Source: Pasteurella multocida (GTDB lineage: Bacteria; Pseudomonadota; Gammaproteobacteria; Enterobacterales; Pasteurellaceae). From it: a stretch of 32,000 bases of DNA. Positions 21,441 through 29,928 of the stretch are shown here, in pieces; position 1 is the first letter of the stretch, and every line of letters begins with the position of its first letter. The position numbers and the translations under genes are program-made. A model generated the notes under the pieces. The model was not told the DNA's origin, ran no database searches, and saw only the letters and a program-made list of their open reading frames with translations. The stretch spans positions 1,200,001 to 1,232,000 of the forward strand of contig NZ_LT906458.1 of NCBI RefSeq assembly GCF_900187275.1. Reading direction: 5' to 3'.

Positions 21441-22213
21441 TGAGCTTAACCGTAGAACATTTACAACTGGCGTATCAAGATAAAACCATTGTCTCTAATC
21501 TCAATTTGCGCTTGCCGAGTAACAAAGTCATTGCGTTAATTGGACCGAATGGCTGCGGAAAATCCACGTTATTAAAAGCGCTTGCGCGTTTGCTGAACCC
21601 CAAGTCAGGTCAAGTGAAACATCAAGAGCAAGATATTTGGCAGATCACGGCCAAGTCTTACGCTAAAACCTTGGCGTTTCTACCACAACAACACCTGGTA
21701 CCAGAAGGTATTAAAGTGCGTGAGTTAGTAGCTTATGGGCGTTCACCGTATTTAAATCTTTGGGGAAAACTCAGTGAAAAAGATGAGAAGATAGTAACAC
21801 AAGCAATGCAGATAACCCAGACAGACGCATTCGCAGAACGACTCGCTACTGATTTATCCGGAGGACAACAGCAACGCGTTTTTTTAGCGATGACATTAGC
21901 ACAAGATGCCAATATTGTCTTATTAGATGAACCTACAACTTATCTCGATCTCAACCATCAAGCTGAACTGATGTCAATGATGCGACGCCTACAGCAACAA
22001 GGTAAAACGGTCATTACGGTCTTGCATGATCTGAACCAAGCTTGTCGCTATTGTGATTATTTAGTTGTACTTAAACAAGGGGAATTAATTGCCCAAGGCA
22101 CGCCACACGAGGTGATGACCGAACACTTATTAAAACAGGTGTTTGATCTCAATGTAGAGATTCATCAAGATCCGATCAGTTTCACCCCAATGTTTATTTT
22201 GAAAGCGCATTAA
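21440..22213 (+). CDS. fecE: Iron ABC transporter ATP-binding protein (FecE/FepC-like)
   Basis: Walker A GPNGCGKST, signature LSGGQQQRV and Walker B IVLLDEPT are present. The true start is the ATG at 21440 (MSLTVEHLQLAY...), overlapping the fecD stop, giving 257 aa. The track ORF from 21209 is an in-frame upstream read-through inside fecD. Confidence 0.88.
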   Translation: MSLTVEHLQLAYQDKTIVSNLNLRLPSNKVIALIGPNGCGKSTLLKALARLLNPKSGQVKHQEQDIWQITAKSYAKTLAFLPQQHLVPEGIKVRELVAYGRSPYLNLWGKLSEKDEKIVTQAMQITQTDAFAERLATDLSGGQQQRVFLAMTLAQDANIVLLDEPTTYLDLNHQAELMSMMRRLQQQGKTVITVLHDLNQACRYCDYLVVLKQGELIAQGTPHEVMTEHLLKQVFDLNVEIHQDPISFTPMFILKAH

Positions 22214-22241
22214 AATAAAACAAAAAATGCTTAAAAAACTG

Positions 22242-22250
22242 ACCGCACTT
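22242..22250 (-). repeat. Uptake signal sequence core (Hin-type USS)
   Basis: Exact ACCGCACTT within aaaaaactgaccgcactttt, in the fecE/small-ORF spacer. Confidence 0.85.
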
Positions 22251-22303
22251 TTACGTTTATGTTAATATCGCGTCGTCATAATAACGAAACTGATGAGGAG
22301 AAC

Positions 22304-22534
22304 ATGGCATTACACCGTTGCCCTGAATGTCGGCATAAAGTCAGCGAAAGCGCACTCAGTTGCCCAAATTGTGGCTTTTCATTTAAAGAGGAAGATTTGG
22401 CCGTTTACCGTCAAAAATTAGAAGAACGACGGTTACATAACCAAGAAATTAATAAACAAAGTGCGAAATTGCATCTTGTTTGGTTTCTGATCTTTGCACT
22501 GGTTATTGGGATTGCAAGTTGGATCGTCAATTAA
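22304..22534 (+). CDS. Small zinc-ribbon protein with C-terminal transmembrane anchor (76 aa, function unknown)
   Basis: The ATG at 22304 follows GAGGAG with about 3 nt between. Sequence is MALHRCPECRHKVSESALSCPNCGF (CxxC-N14-CxxC), a charged helix, then the TM LHLVWFLIFALVIGIASWIV. A strong terminator follows. The track start at 22259 lacks an SD. Confidence 0.6.
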   Translation: MALHRCPECRHKVSESALSCPNCGFSFKEEDLAVYRQKLEERRLHNQEINKQSAKLHLVWFLIFALVIGIASWIVN

Positions 22535-22535
22535 A

Positions 22536-22572
22536 AAGAAAGCGAATTTTTTACACAAAAATTCGCTTTTTT
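22536..22572. terminator. Bidirectional intrinsic terminator (small ORF / artM convergent)
   Basis: AGCGAATTTTT (22541-22551), loop TACAC, then AAAAATTCGCT (22557-22567): an 11-bp perfect stem. An A-tract lies upstream and a T-tract downstream, so it can terminate both strands. Confidence 0.85.
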
Positions 22573-22575
22573 CTG

Positions 22576-22584
22576 ACCGCACTT
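22576..22584 (-). repeat. Uptake signal sequence core (Hin-type USS)
   Basis: Exact ACCGCACTT within ttttttctgaccgcactttt, immediately after the terminator. Confidence 0.85.
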
Positions 22585-22592
22585 TTGGCTAA

Positions 22593-23276
22593 TTAGGCTT
22601 TTTCTACTTCAAGACGCTCAAAAGAGAGGACTTTACTTTCCAATTTACGTAATAGTAGGGTCGCAATAGCGGTAATGATTAAATAAATCATGCCGGCAAT
22701 CCCGTAAATTGTTAACGCATCATATTCTGTTCCATATAGCTGTCTGGCATACCCCATAATATCCATAATGGTGATCGTCGAGGCTAATGCTGTACCTTTA
22801 AACACGAGAATGATTTCATTGCTATAAGAAGGCAATGCTCTTTTTAGCGCATAAGGAATTAAAATTTTTAATGTTTCCATTCGCGTTAAACCCAATGCGG
22901 CACAACTTTCCCATTGTCCTTTGCTAATCGCTTTCACTGCACCATGAAACAGTAACGTCGAATAGGCTGCACTATTTAACGCCAATGTTAGCATCGCACA
23001 AAACCACGCATTCGATAACAATGGCCACAATGCACTGTCAACTAACCATTCAAACTGACCAGGACCGGCATAAATTAAGAAAAATTGCACTAATAATGGG
23101 GTGCCCGTAAACAAGGTTAAATAAGTGTGAATACCGCACTTGACTAGTTTATTGCCGATAGACAAGCCAAATGTCAGTAATAAAGCTAAAAAGAAAGCAA
23201 CAACAAGCGAAACAAAGGTTAATAACAAACTGGTGGGAATACCTTGTGCAATCACCATAAAATAGTCTTGAAACAT
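22593..23276 (-). CDS. artM: Arginine ABC transporter permease ArtM
   Basis: 227-aa polar-amino-acid ABC permease (HisM/ArtM family). It is the last gene of the artP-I-Q-M order. Confidence 0.88.
   Translation of the reverse strand: MFQDYFMVIAQGIPTSLLLTFVSLVVAFFLALLLTFGLSIGNKLVKCGIHTYLTLFTGTPLLVQFFLIYAGPGQFEWLVDSALWPLLSNAWFCAMLTLALNSAAYSTLLFHGAVKAISKGQWESCAALGLTRMETLKILIPYALKRALPSYSNEIILVFKGTALASTITIMDIMGYARQLYGTEYDALTIYGIAGMIYLIITAIATLLLRKLESKVLSFERLEVEKA
23133..23141 (-). repeat. Uptake signal sequence core (Hin-type USS)
   Basis: Exact ACCGCACTT, inside artM. Confidence 0.85.
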
Positions 23277-23947
23277 TATTCCACGCCTCTTTCAAAACGA
23301 GTAAAACGGAACTCTAACTTGCGAATAATAAATTGGCTGATTAAGGTGATTGTCAAATACAATAACGCTGCAATGCCATACCAAGTGAAAGGCTGATGAG
23401 TCACCGTATTCACTAACTCGGCTTGACGCATTAAATCTTCCACACCAATTAACGAAACCAATGCCGTATCTTTCAATAAGACTAACCATTGATTACTCAA
23501 TCCGGGCAAAGCATGGCGCCACACTTGCGGCATAATAATCTGTACAAAGGTATAACCACGACTCAACCCTAAAGCCGCCCCCGACTCCCATTGTCCCAAC
23601 GGAATGGCTTGAATGGCTCCCCGCAAAGACTGTGAGGCATAGGCTGCAAAAATAATTGACAGGGCAAACACACCACAACTAAAGGCACTAAATTGAATAA
23701 ATTCACCGGTGAGCATTTCCACGACTTCGGTCGAACCAAAGTAAATCAGTAAAACCACTAAAATTTCCGGTAAGCCACGTAGAAGGGTAACAAACACGGA
23801 GGTTGGTTTACGAATCCATTGCCACTTGCTGGTTTCTAATACCACAAAGATAATGGATAACATTAAACCAACAATTAACGAACAAACCGCTAACCCTAAG
23901 GTCATTAGGGTTGCGGTGTACATTAAAGAAAGATAATCAAAAAACAT
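23276..23947 (-). CDS. artQ: Arginine ABC transporter permease ArtQ
   Basis: 223-aa permease paralogue. Its stop overlaps the artM start by 1 nt. Confidence 0.88.
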   Translation of the reverse strand: MFFDYLSLMYTATLMTLGLAVCSLIVGLMLSIIFVVLETSKWQWIRKPTSVFVTLLRGLPEILVVLLIYFGSTEVVEMLTGEFIQFSAFSCGVFALSIIFAAYASQSLRGAIQAIPLGQWESGAALGLSRGYTFVQIIMPQVWRHALPGLSNQWLVLLKDTALVSLIGVEDLMRQAELVNTVTHQPFTWYGIAALLYLTITLISQFIIRKLEFRFTRFERGVE

Positions 23948-23953
23948 AATCGA

Positions 23954-24676
23954 TTATTTCGTCATCCATTTATCATAAATTTTTTGGTATTCACCATTTG
24001 CTTTAATGGTGGCTAATCCTTTATTTAGGTCATCTAACAAGTCTTTACTCGCTTTATTGACTGCAATACCAAAACCGTTACCAAAGTATTTTTTATTCGT
24101 CACTTTGTCACCGACGAAAGCTAAACTTTGTTCTTTAGCAAGCATATCGACTAACACTGCAGTATCACCAAAAATCACATCAATACGTCCATTTTTTAAG
24201 TCAAGAATCGCATTTTGTAAACTGGCATAAGGTACAGGTTGATACTGTTTCGCTTCTGCGACGATATATTGCTGATAAGTAGTACCATTTTGCACACCCA
24301 CTTTTTTCGCTTGGGCTAAATCGTCCACTTTCCCTTTCACTGAAATAAAGCTAGAAGAGCTGTCATAGTAAGGATCGCTAAAACTCACTTGTTTCGCACG
24401 CGCTTCGGTAATATCAATCGCAGAGATTGCCGCATCAAAATGTTTAGAACGTAAACCGGTAATTAAACTATCAAAGGCTTGTCCTTTAAAATGACAAGTC
24501 GCTTGGATCTCTTTACAGATCGCATTCGCAATATCCACATCAAAACCAATAATCTCCCCTTTTTCATTCGTTAACTCAAAAGGTGGGTAACTTGGTTCCA
24601 TCGCAAAGGTGATCTCTTTTGCATTGGCAGCTAATGCCGTGCTGGCTAAAAGTGCGGTTAACAGTAGTTTTTTCAT
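23954..24676 (-). CDS. artI: Periplasmic arginine-binding protein ArtI
   Basis: 240-aa ORF with a signal peptide ([19 protein letters not shown]) and a family-3 solute-binding fold ([13 protein letters not shown]...[11 protein letters not shown]). Confidence 0.88.
   Translation of the reverse strand: MKKLLLTALLASTALAANAKEITFAMEPSYPPFELTNEKGEIIGFDVDIANAICKEIQATCHFKGQAFDSLITGLRSKHFDAAISAIDITEARAKQVSFSDPYYDSSSSFISVKGKVDDLAQAKKVGVQNGTTYQQYIVAEAKQYQPVPYASLQNAILDLKNGRIDVIFGDTAVLVDMLAKEQSLAFVGDKVTNKKYFGNGFGIAVNKASKDLLDDLNKGLATIKANGEYQKIYDKWMTK
24650..24658 (+). repeat. Uptake signal sequence core (Hin-type USS)
   Basis: Exact AAGTGCGGT, in the signal-peptide codons of artI. Confidence 0.85.
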
Positions 24677-24692
24677 GTTGTGTCCTTATTTT

Positions 24693-25424
24693 TTAGTGTG
24701 ATAAATATTGTTTAAATTGTTCTGTTTTTGGGTTGGTAAAACAGCTCGCATCACCCATTTCAATAATATGACCTTGTTCCATGTACACCACTTTTGTGGC
24801 GACTTTTTTCGCAACGCCCACTTCATGCGTCACAATCACTTGCGTAATGCCCGTTTGCTGCAATTCTTTAATAATATCCACGACTTGTGCGGTAATTTCT
24901 GGATCTAAGGCAGCCGTTGGTTCATCAAACAGTAACACTTGCGGTTTCATCATTAAAGCACGAGCAATTGCGACACGTTGTTGTTGACCGCCTGACAAAT
25001 GAAGCGGAAAACGATCGGCAAATTGTGCTAAACGTAACCGTTTTAATAATTCTAACGCCTCAGATCTGGCTTGTTCGTCACTTAACTTAAGCACTTTCTT
25101 CGGGGCTTCAATTAAATTTTCAATTACCGTTAAATGTGGCCAAAGGTGATATTGCTGAAAAACCATACCGACATCTTGACGTAAACGGCAAATTTGTTTT
25201 GGATTGGTCTTCGCTTCAGACAAATCAAATTGACTGTTTGCGATAATCAGTTCACCCGATGCAGGCACTTCGAGTAAATTTAGGGTACGAATCAAAGTGC
25301 TTTTTCCAGCACCACTTGGTCCCAATAATACGACAGTGTCGCCTTCTTCTGCACTTAAATTAATGTCAAACAACGCTTGGGAAGAACCATAAAAAAAATT
25401 TAAATTTTTAACACGAATTGCCAT
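24693..25424 (-). CDS. artP: Arginine ABC transporter ATP-binding protein ArtP
   Basis: 243-aa ORF with Walker [10 protein letters not shown], signature [15 protein letters not shown] and Walker [12 protein letters not shown]. Confidence 0.9.
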   Translation of the reverse strand: MAIRVKNLNFFYGSSQALFDINLSAEEGDTVVLLGPSGAGKSTLIRTLNLLEVPASGELIIANSQFDLSEAKTNPKQICRLRQDVGMVFQQYHLWPHLTVIENLIEAPKKVLKLSDEQARSEALELLKRLRLAQFADRFPLHLSGGQQQRVAIARALMMKPQVLLFDEPTAALDPEITAQVVDIIKELQQTGITQVIVTHEVGVAKKVATKVVYMEQGHIIEMGDASCFTNPKTEQFKQYLSH

Positions 25425-25451
25425 GGTTGAAAAAATCTCTTTTTTGCGAAA

Positions 25452-25490
25452 ACTGAAATAATATTAATATTTATTGCATAATTATGCAAA
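25452..25490 (-). promoter_or_regulatory. Tandem ARG boxes (ArgR operator) overlapping the putative artP promoter
   Basis: Box A 25452-25469 is acTGAAaTAATATTaAta. Box B 25473-25490 is atTGcATAATTATgCAaa, which contains the perfect 14-bp palindrome TGCATAATTATGCA. Each has 2 mismatches to wnTGAATwwwwATTCAnw. They are separated by 3 bp (21 bp centre to centre). On the minus strand TTGCAT (25489-25484), a 17-nt spacer and TAATAT (25466-25461) lie within the boxes, 36 nt upstream of the artP ATG. Confidence 0.65.
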
Positions 25491-25517
25491 TGTATTTTGA
25501 TAAAAAATACTTGCATG

Positions 25518-25549
25518 AAAAAAGCCCTCGACCATCACTGATCAAGGAC
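25518..25549 (-). terminator. Intrinsic terminator after gmhA
   Basis: The minus strand reads GUCCUUGAUC, loop AGUGAU, GGUCGAGGGC (10-bp stem including 3 G-U pairs), then UUUUUU. A USS lies just upstream. Confidence 0.7.
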
Positions 25550-25571
25550 TTCATAAAAAAAGAAAAAACTG

Positions 25572-25580
25572 ACCGCACTT
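25572..25580 (-). repeat. Uptake signal sequence core (Hin-type USS)
   Basis: Exact ACCGCACTT within aaaaaactgaccgcacttt. This 19-mer is identical to the one at 22233-22251. Confidence 0.85.
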
Positions 25581-25599
25581 TCATGCGAGCCAACCTCGT

Positions 25600-26756
<1,157 letters not shown>

Positions 26757-26798
26757 TCTAATTTACCTTTTATATCGGGTTATAAAAGCGTATTCTAC

Positions 26799-26829
26799 AA
26801 AAAAAAGGCTGAAGTTTAAACCTTCAGCC
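26799..26829 (-). terminator. Strong intrinsic terminator in the pmbA-hpt spacer
   Basis: The minus strand reads GGCUGAAG (26829-26822), loop GUUUAAA, CUUCAGCC (26814-26807), then U8 (26806-26799). It lies 160 nt downstream of the pmbA stop. Confidence 0.85.
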
Positions 26830-26931
26830 CATAAATACCCTAACGAATTTACTTTCTACTCTACCTGTTTGGAGTATGACTCAGACTGAAAACGATCTAC
26901 TCTATCATTCCCACCTTTATCTCTAACAGAT
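26799..26931 (-). ncRNA. Candidate Fur-regulated small RNA (RyhB/HrrF class); ~130 nt, unverified
   Basis: Bounded by a predicted promoter (see 26938-26985) and the terminator above. It contains no credible ORF. It includes the anti-Shine-Dalgarno-like CAUACUCCAAAC and a duplicated 9-mer UAGAGUAGA. The 5' end at ~26931 is predicted from -10 spacing only. Confidence 0.45.
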
Positions 26932-26937
26932 GTGGCT

Positions 26938-26985
26938 ATCTTAGCAAATTATCACCTCATGTCAATAGTAATTATTATCATTTGC
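26938..26985 (-). promoter_or_regulatory. Fur box plus sigma70-type promoter driving the candidate sRNA
   Basis: On the minus strand GCAAATGATAATAATTACT (26985-26967) matches the Fur consensus at 14/19, including the full TGATAAT core. Next comes TTGACA (26965-26960). The 16-nt spacer contains another GATAAT (26953-26948). TAAGAT follows at 26943-26938. Confidence 0.55.
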
Positions 26986-26990
26986 AAAAA

Positions 26991-28346
26991 TTAATTTCCA
27001 GACACTTTGAGATGCTCTAATAAAATTGATCCTGTTTGGATATTCGAGCGATGTTCAATATCATCACCAACGGCAACGATATTGCGTAACATCTCTTTCA
27101 ATTGACCCGCAATAGTAATTTCTGCCACAGGATATTGAATTTCGCCATTTTCTACCCAGAAACCAGCTGCACCACGTGAATAATCACCAGTAACTAAATT
27201 TACCCCTTGCCCCATTAAATCGGTTACCAGCAATCCGGTTCCCATCTGGCGTAATAAGGTGGTCAATCCGCCCGTGGTATTTGGCTTCACTAACCAGTTA
27301 TGAATGCCCCCAGCATGTCCCGTGCTTCGCATGCCTAATTTTTTCCCACTATAACTGGTCAACAAATAAGTTTGTAAAGTGCCTTGCTTAATAATTTCAC
27401 GACATTGAGTGCGCACGCCTTCACTATCAAAAGGCGAAGAGGCGAGTTGTCCGATTAAATGAGGTTGTTCACTAATGTGGAACCAATCGGGTAGCACTTG
27501 CTTCCCTAAATGATCTAACAGAAAACTTGATTTACGGTATAAGTTCCCCCCACTAATCGCGGCGGTTAAATGACTAATAAGCCCCGTTGCTACATCATTC
27601 AAAAAAATGACTGGAACTTGCTGGGTTGCCATTTTTTGTGGTTGTAAACGAGACAGGGTTTTCTTCGCACAATGCTCTCCTACCCAACTCGCACTTTCTA
27701 ACTGATTCAAGTCACGAGAAATCGTATATTCATAATCTCGTTCTAGCTGATCTTCTACACCAGCAATGACAGAACAAGATAACGAATAGCGACTGGATAA
27801 ATAACTTTGTAACATCCCGTGTGTATTTCCATAAACACGCACTCCAGTATGTGAATTAAACGCAGCACCTTCACTGTTGACAATACGTTTATCATAATTT
27901 AACGCCGCCTGCTCAGTTTCCAATGCTAATGCCGTCGCCTTTTCCACATCAATATCCGCTGCATGATAAAGGGCTAAATCAGGCGCATCAAATGCCATTA
28001 AGTCATAATCCGCCAATCCCGCACACTCATCTGGCGACGTATATTTGGCAATGGATATTGCCGCTTCGACAGTGTTTTTGATCGCCTCAGGGCTTAAATC
28101 CGACGTCGAAGCATTGCCTTTTTGATTTCCTAAATAAACCGAAATCCCTAACGCACCATCGTTAGTAAATTCGACATTTTCAATCTCTTGTAAACGGGTA
28201 GAAACGGACAATCCACTGACCTTTGTGACCGCCACTTCTGCAGTCGCTCCTGCTTTTTGTGCCATATCCACAGCATAATGCACTGCTTCACGCAATGTTT
28301 GCTCTTGTTGTTTCAAAAGTGCGGTCGATTTTTCTGTATTTTGCAT
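26991..28346 (-). CDS. pmbA: Metalloprotease PmbA (TldE)
   Basis: PmbA/TldD family ORF ([35 protein letters not shown]...) aligning with E. coli PmbA as recalled. The start is the ATG at 28346 (MQNTEK...), with GAAGGAA upstream. The track start at 28364 is TTG. Confidence 0.9.
   Translation of the reverse strand: MQNTEKSTALLKQQEQTLREAVHYAVDMAQKAGATAEVAVTKVSGLSVSTRLQEIENVEFTNDGALGISVYLGNQKGNASTSDLSPEAIKNTVEAAISIAKYTSPDECAGLADYDLMAFDAPDLALYHAADIDVEKATALALETEQAALNYDKRIVNSEGAAFNSHTGVRVYGNTHGMLQSYLSSRYSLSCSVIAGVEDQLERDYEYTISRDLNQLESASWVGEHCAKKTLSRLQPQKMATQQVPVIFLNDVATGLISHLTAAISGGNLYRKSSFLLDHLGKQVLPDWFHISEQPHLIGQLASSPFDSEGVRTQCREIIKQGTLQTYLLTSYSGKKLGMRSTGHAGGIHNWLVKPNTTGGLTTLLRQMGTGLLVTDLMGQGVNLVTGDYSRGAAGFWVENGEIQYPVAEITIAGQLKEMLRNIVAVGDDIEHRSNIQTGSILLEHLKVSGN
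28317..28325 (+). repeat. Uptake signal sequence core (Hin-type USS)
   Basis: Exact AAGTGCGGT followed by cgattttt, at the 5' end of pmbA. Confidence 0.85.
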
Positions 28347-28440
28347 ATTGATTCCTTCAAACAAATTTTGGGCATTTTATCCTATTTTAGATTTTCATGC
28401 TAAAATGTTCGCTTGTTTTTATGAGATGAAAGGAAAGAGT

Positions 28441-28983
28441 ATGGCAAAACGCGGCAAAAATAAAATTGAGTGGGACAATACTGACTGGGAACAAGAAGAA
28501 GAGGAAATCATTTGGGTCAGTAAAAGCGAAATTAAGCGCGATGCCGAAGCATTAAAAAAACTCGGTGAGAAACTGGTTGACCTCACCAAAGCAAAATTAG
28601 AAAAGATTCCGCTTGAAGAGAAGTTACTTGAGGCAATTGAACTTGCACAACGTTTACAAAAAGAAGCAAGACGTCGCCAATTACAATATATCGGCAAATT
28701 ACTTCGCAATATCGATGTTGAGCCGATCCAAGATGCCTTAGAAAAACTGGAAAATAAACATCAACAGCAACAAGCGATGTTACATAAGCTCGAAATGTTA
28801 CGTGATACCTTGATTGACACCCCTGAAGCAATCACGCAATTTCTTGAACAACATCCCGATGCGGATCGCCAACATTTACGTAATCTAGTTCGGGCAGCGC
28901 AAAAAGAAAAAGCACAAAATAAACCGCCTAAAGCTTACCGTGAAATTTTCCAATACTTAAAAGACTTCATGCTTGAAGACTAA
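28441..28983 (+). CDS. yjgA: Ribosome-associated protein YjgA (DarP, DUF615)
   Basis: The ATG at 28441 follows AGGAAAG. The acidic N-terminus is followed by [26 protein letters not shown], matching E. coli YjgA as recalled. The product is 180 aa. It is divergent from pmbA as in E. coli. The track ORF adds 31 spurious codons overlapping the pmbA start. Confidence 0.88.
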   Translation: MAKRGKNKIEWDNTDWEQEEEEIIWVSKSEIKRDAEALKKLGEKLVDLTKAKLEKIPLEEKLLEAIELAQRLQKEARRRQLQYIGKLLRNIDVEPIQDALEKLENKHQQQQAMLHKLEMLRDTLIDTPEAITQFLEQHPDADRQHLRNLVRAAQKEKAQNKPPKAYREIFQYLKDFMLED

Positions 28984-28997
28984 ATCTCCTCCACATG

Positions 28998-29030
28998 AAA
29001 AAAGGCGTGAGTTGAAACTCACGCCTTTTT
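28998..29030. terminator. Bidirectional intrinsic terminator (yjgA / hflC convergent)
   Basis: A6, GGCGTGAGT (29004-29012), loop TGAA, ACTCACGCC (29017-29025), then T5. The stem is 9 bp and perfect. Confidence 0.88.
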
Positions 29031-29040
29031 CTTTGCCCGC

Positions 29041-29928
29041 TTATTTCGTCGGTGCTTGCATGAAACGGAAGAAATCACTGTCCGGTTTCAAAATCATCAT
29101 ATTATCTGAATTCGCGAAACTGCTTTCATAGGCTTTTAAACTTCTTAAAAAACTATAGAACTGCGGCTCTTGTGAAAAGGCATCAGAAAATACTTTTGCG
29201 GCGGTCGCATCACCTGAACCTCGCAATTCTTGTGCAGTACGATTGGCATTTGCCAGAATAAGGGTCACTTTACGATCCACATCGGCTTGAATAAAGGCAG
29301 CTTTTTCACGACCTTGTGAACGATGTTCACGCGCGACCGCATCACGTTCTGCACGCATACGTTGATAAATCGATGAAGACACTTCATCAGGCAGGTTGAT
29401 TTGTTTGACACGCACATCCACTACTTCAATGCCTAATTCTGCTGTACTGTCCGGTCCCGTATTTAATGCTTTACGCGCACCCTCCATCAATTCACCACGT
29501 GTGCCTGATACAATGTCTTTAATGGTTCTCGACCCCGTTTCAGAACGTAAACGGTCATTGACTTTACGGCGTAATAAATTGGACGCTTGGGCATAATCGC
29601 CACCACCTGTCGCCGTATAAAAACGACCAAAATCACTAATACGCCATTTGACATAAGAATCCACAAGTAGATCTTTCTTCTCAACGGTCACAAAACGATC
29701 CGCTTGACCATCAAGCGTACGAATACGTGCATCTAAAATTTTGATCGAATCAATAAATGGAATTTTAAAATGTAAACCCGGATTATACACCACCACTTTA
29801 TTATCAGCATCACGATGGACTTTACTAAAACGCAACATAATGCCACGGGTCCCTTCTGAGACAATCACAATGCTGGAATATAAAATTGCAGCAATCACAA
29901 CGATGACAGGGGTTAAAAATTTACGCAT
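29041..29928 (-). CDS. hflC: Membrane protease modulator HflC (SPFH/band-7)
   Basis: 295-aa ORF with an N-terminal TM plus an SPFH domain. Its start overlaps the hflK stop (TAATG). Confidence 0.92.
   Translation of the reverse strand: MRKFLTPVIVVIAAILYSSIVIVSEGTRGIMLRFSKVHRDADNKVVVYNPGLHFKIPFIDSIKILDARIRTLDGQADRFVTVEKKDLLVDSYVKWRISDFGRFYTATGGGDYAQASNLLRRKVNDRLRSETGSRTIKDIVSGTRGELMEGARKALNTGPDSTAELGIEVVDVRVKQINLPDEVSSSIYQRMRAERDAVAREHRSQGREKAAFIQADVDRKVTLILANANRTAQELRGSGDATAAKVFSDAFSQEPQFYSFLRSLKAYESSFANSDNMMILKPDSDFFRFMQAPTK

Noticed and set aside
22242-22584. Direct USS copies flanking the small ORF as att-like or target-site duplications of an inserted cassette
   Set aside because: The shared sequence is simply the ubiquitous extended USS, and an identical 19-mer also occurs at 25563. 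No recombinase or other mobility signature is present.
26876-26926. 16-codon plus-strand ORF (MTQTENDLLYHSHLYL) and a 3-codon minus-strand mini-ORF (AUG AUA GAG UAG after AAGGUGGG) in the pmbA-hpt spacer
   Set aside because: The plus-strand ATG has GGAG only 1 nt upstream and no promoter evidence. The minus-strand mini-ORF is too short to interpret. The non-coding RNA reading explains the promoter and terminator better.
28348-28440. 31-codon N-terminal extension of yjgA
   Set aside because: It overlaps the pmbA start and the divergent promoter region. YjgA homology and a good SD begin at 28441.
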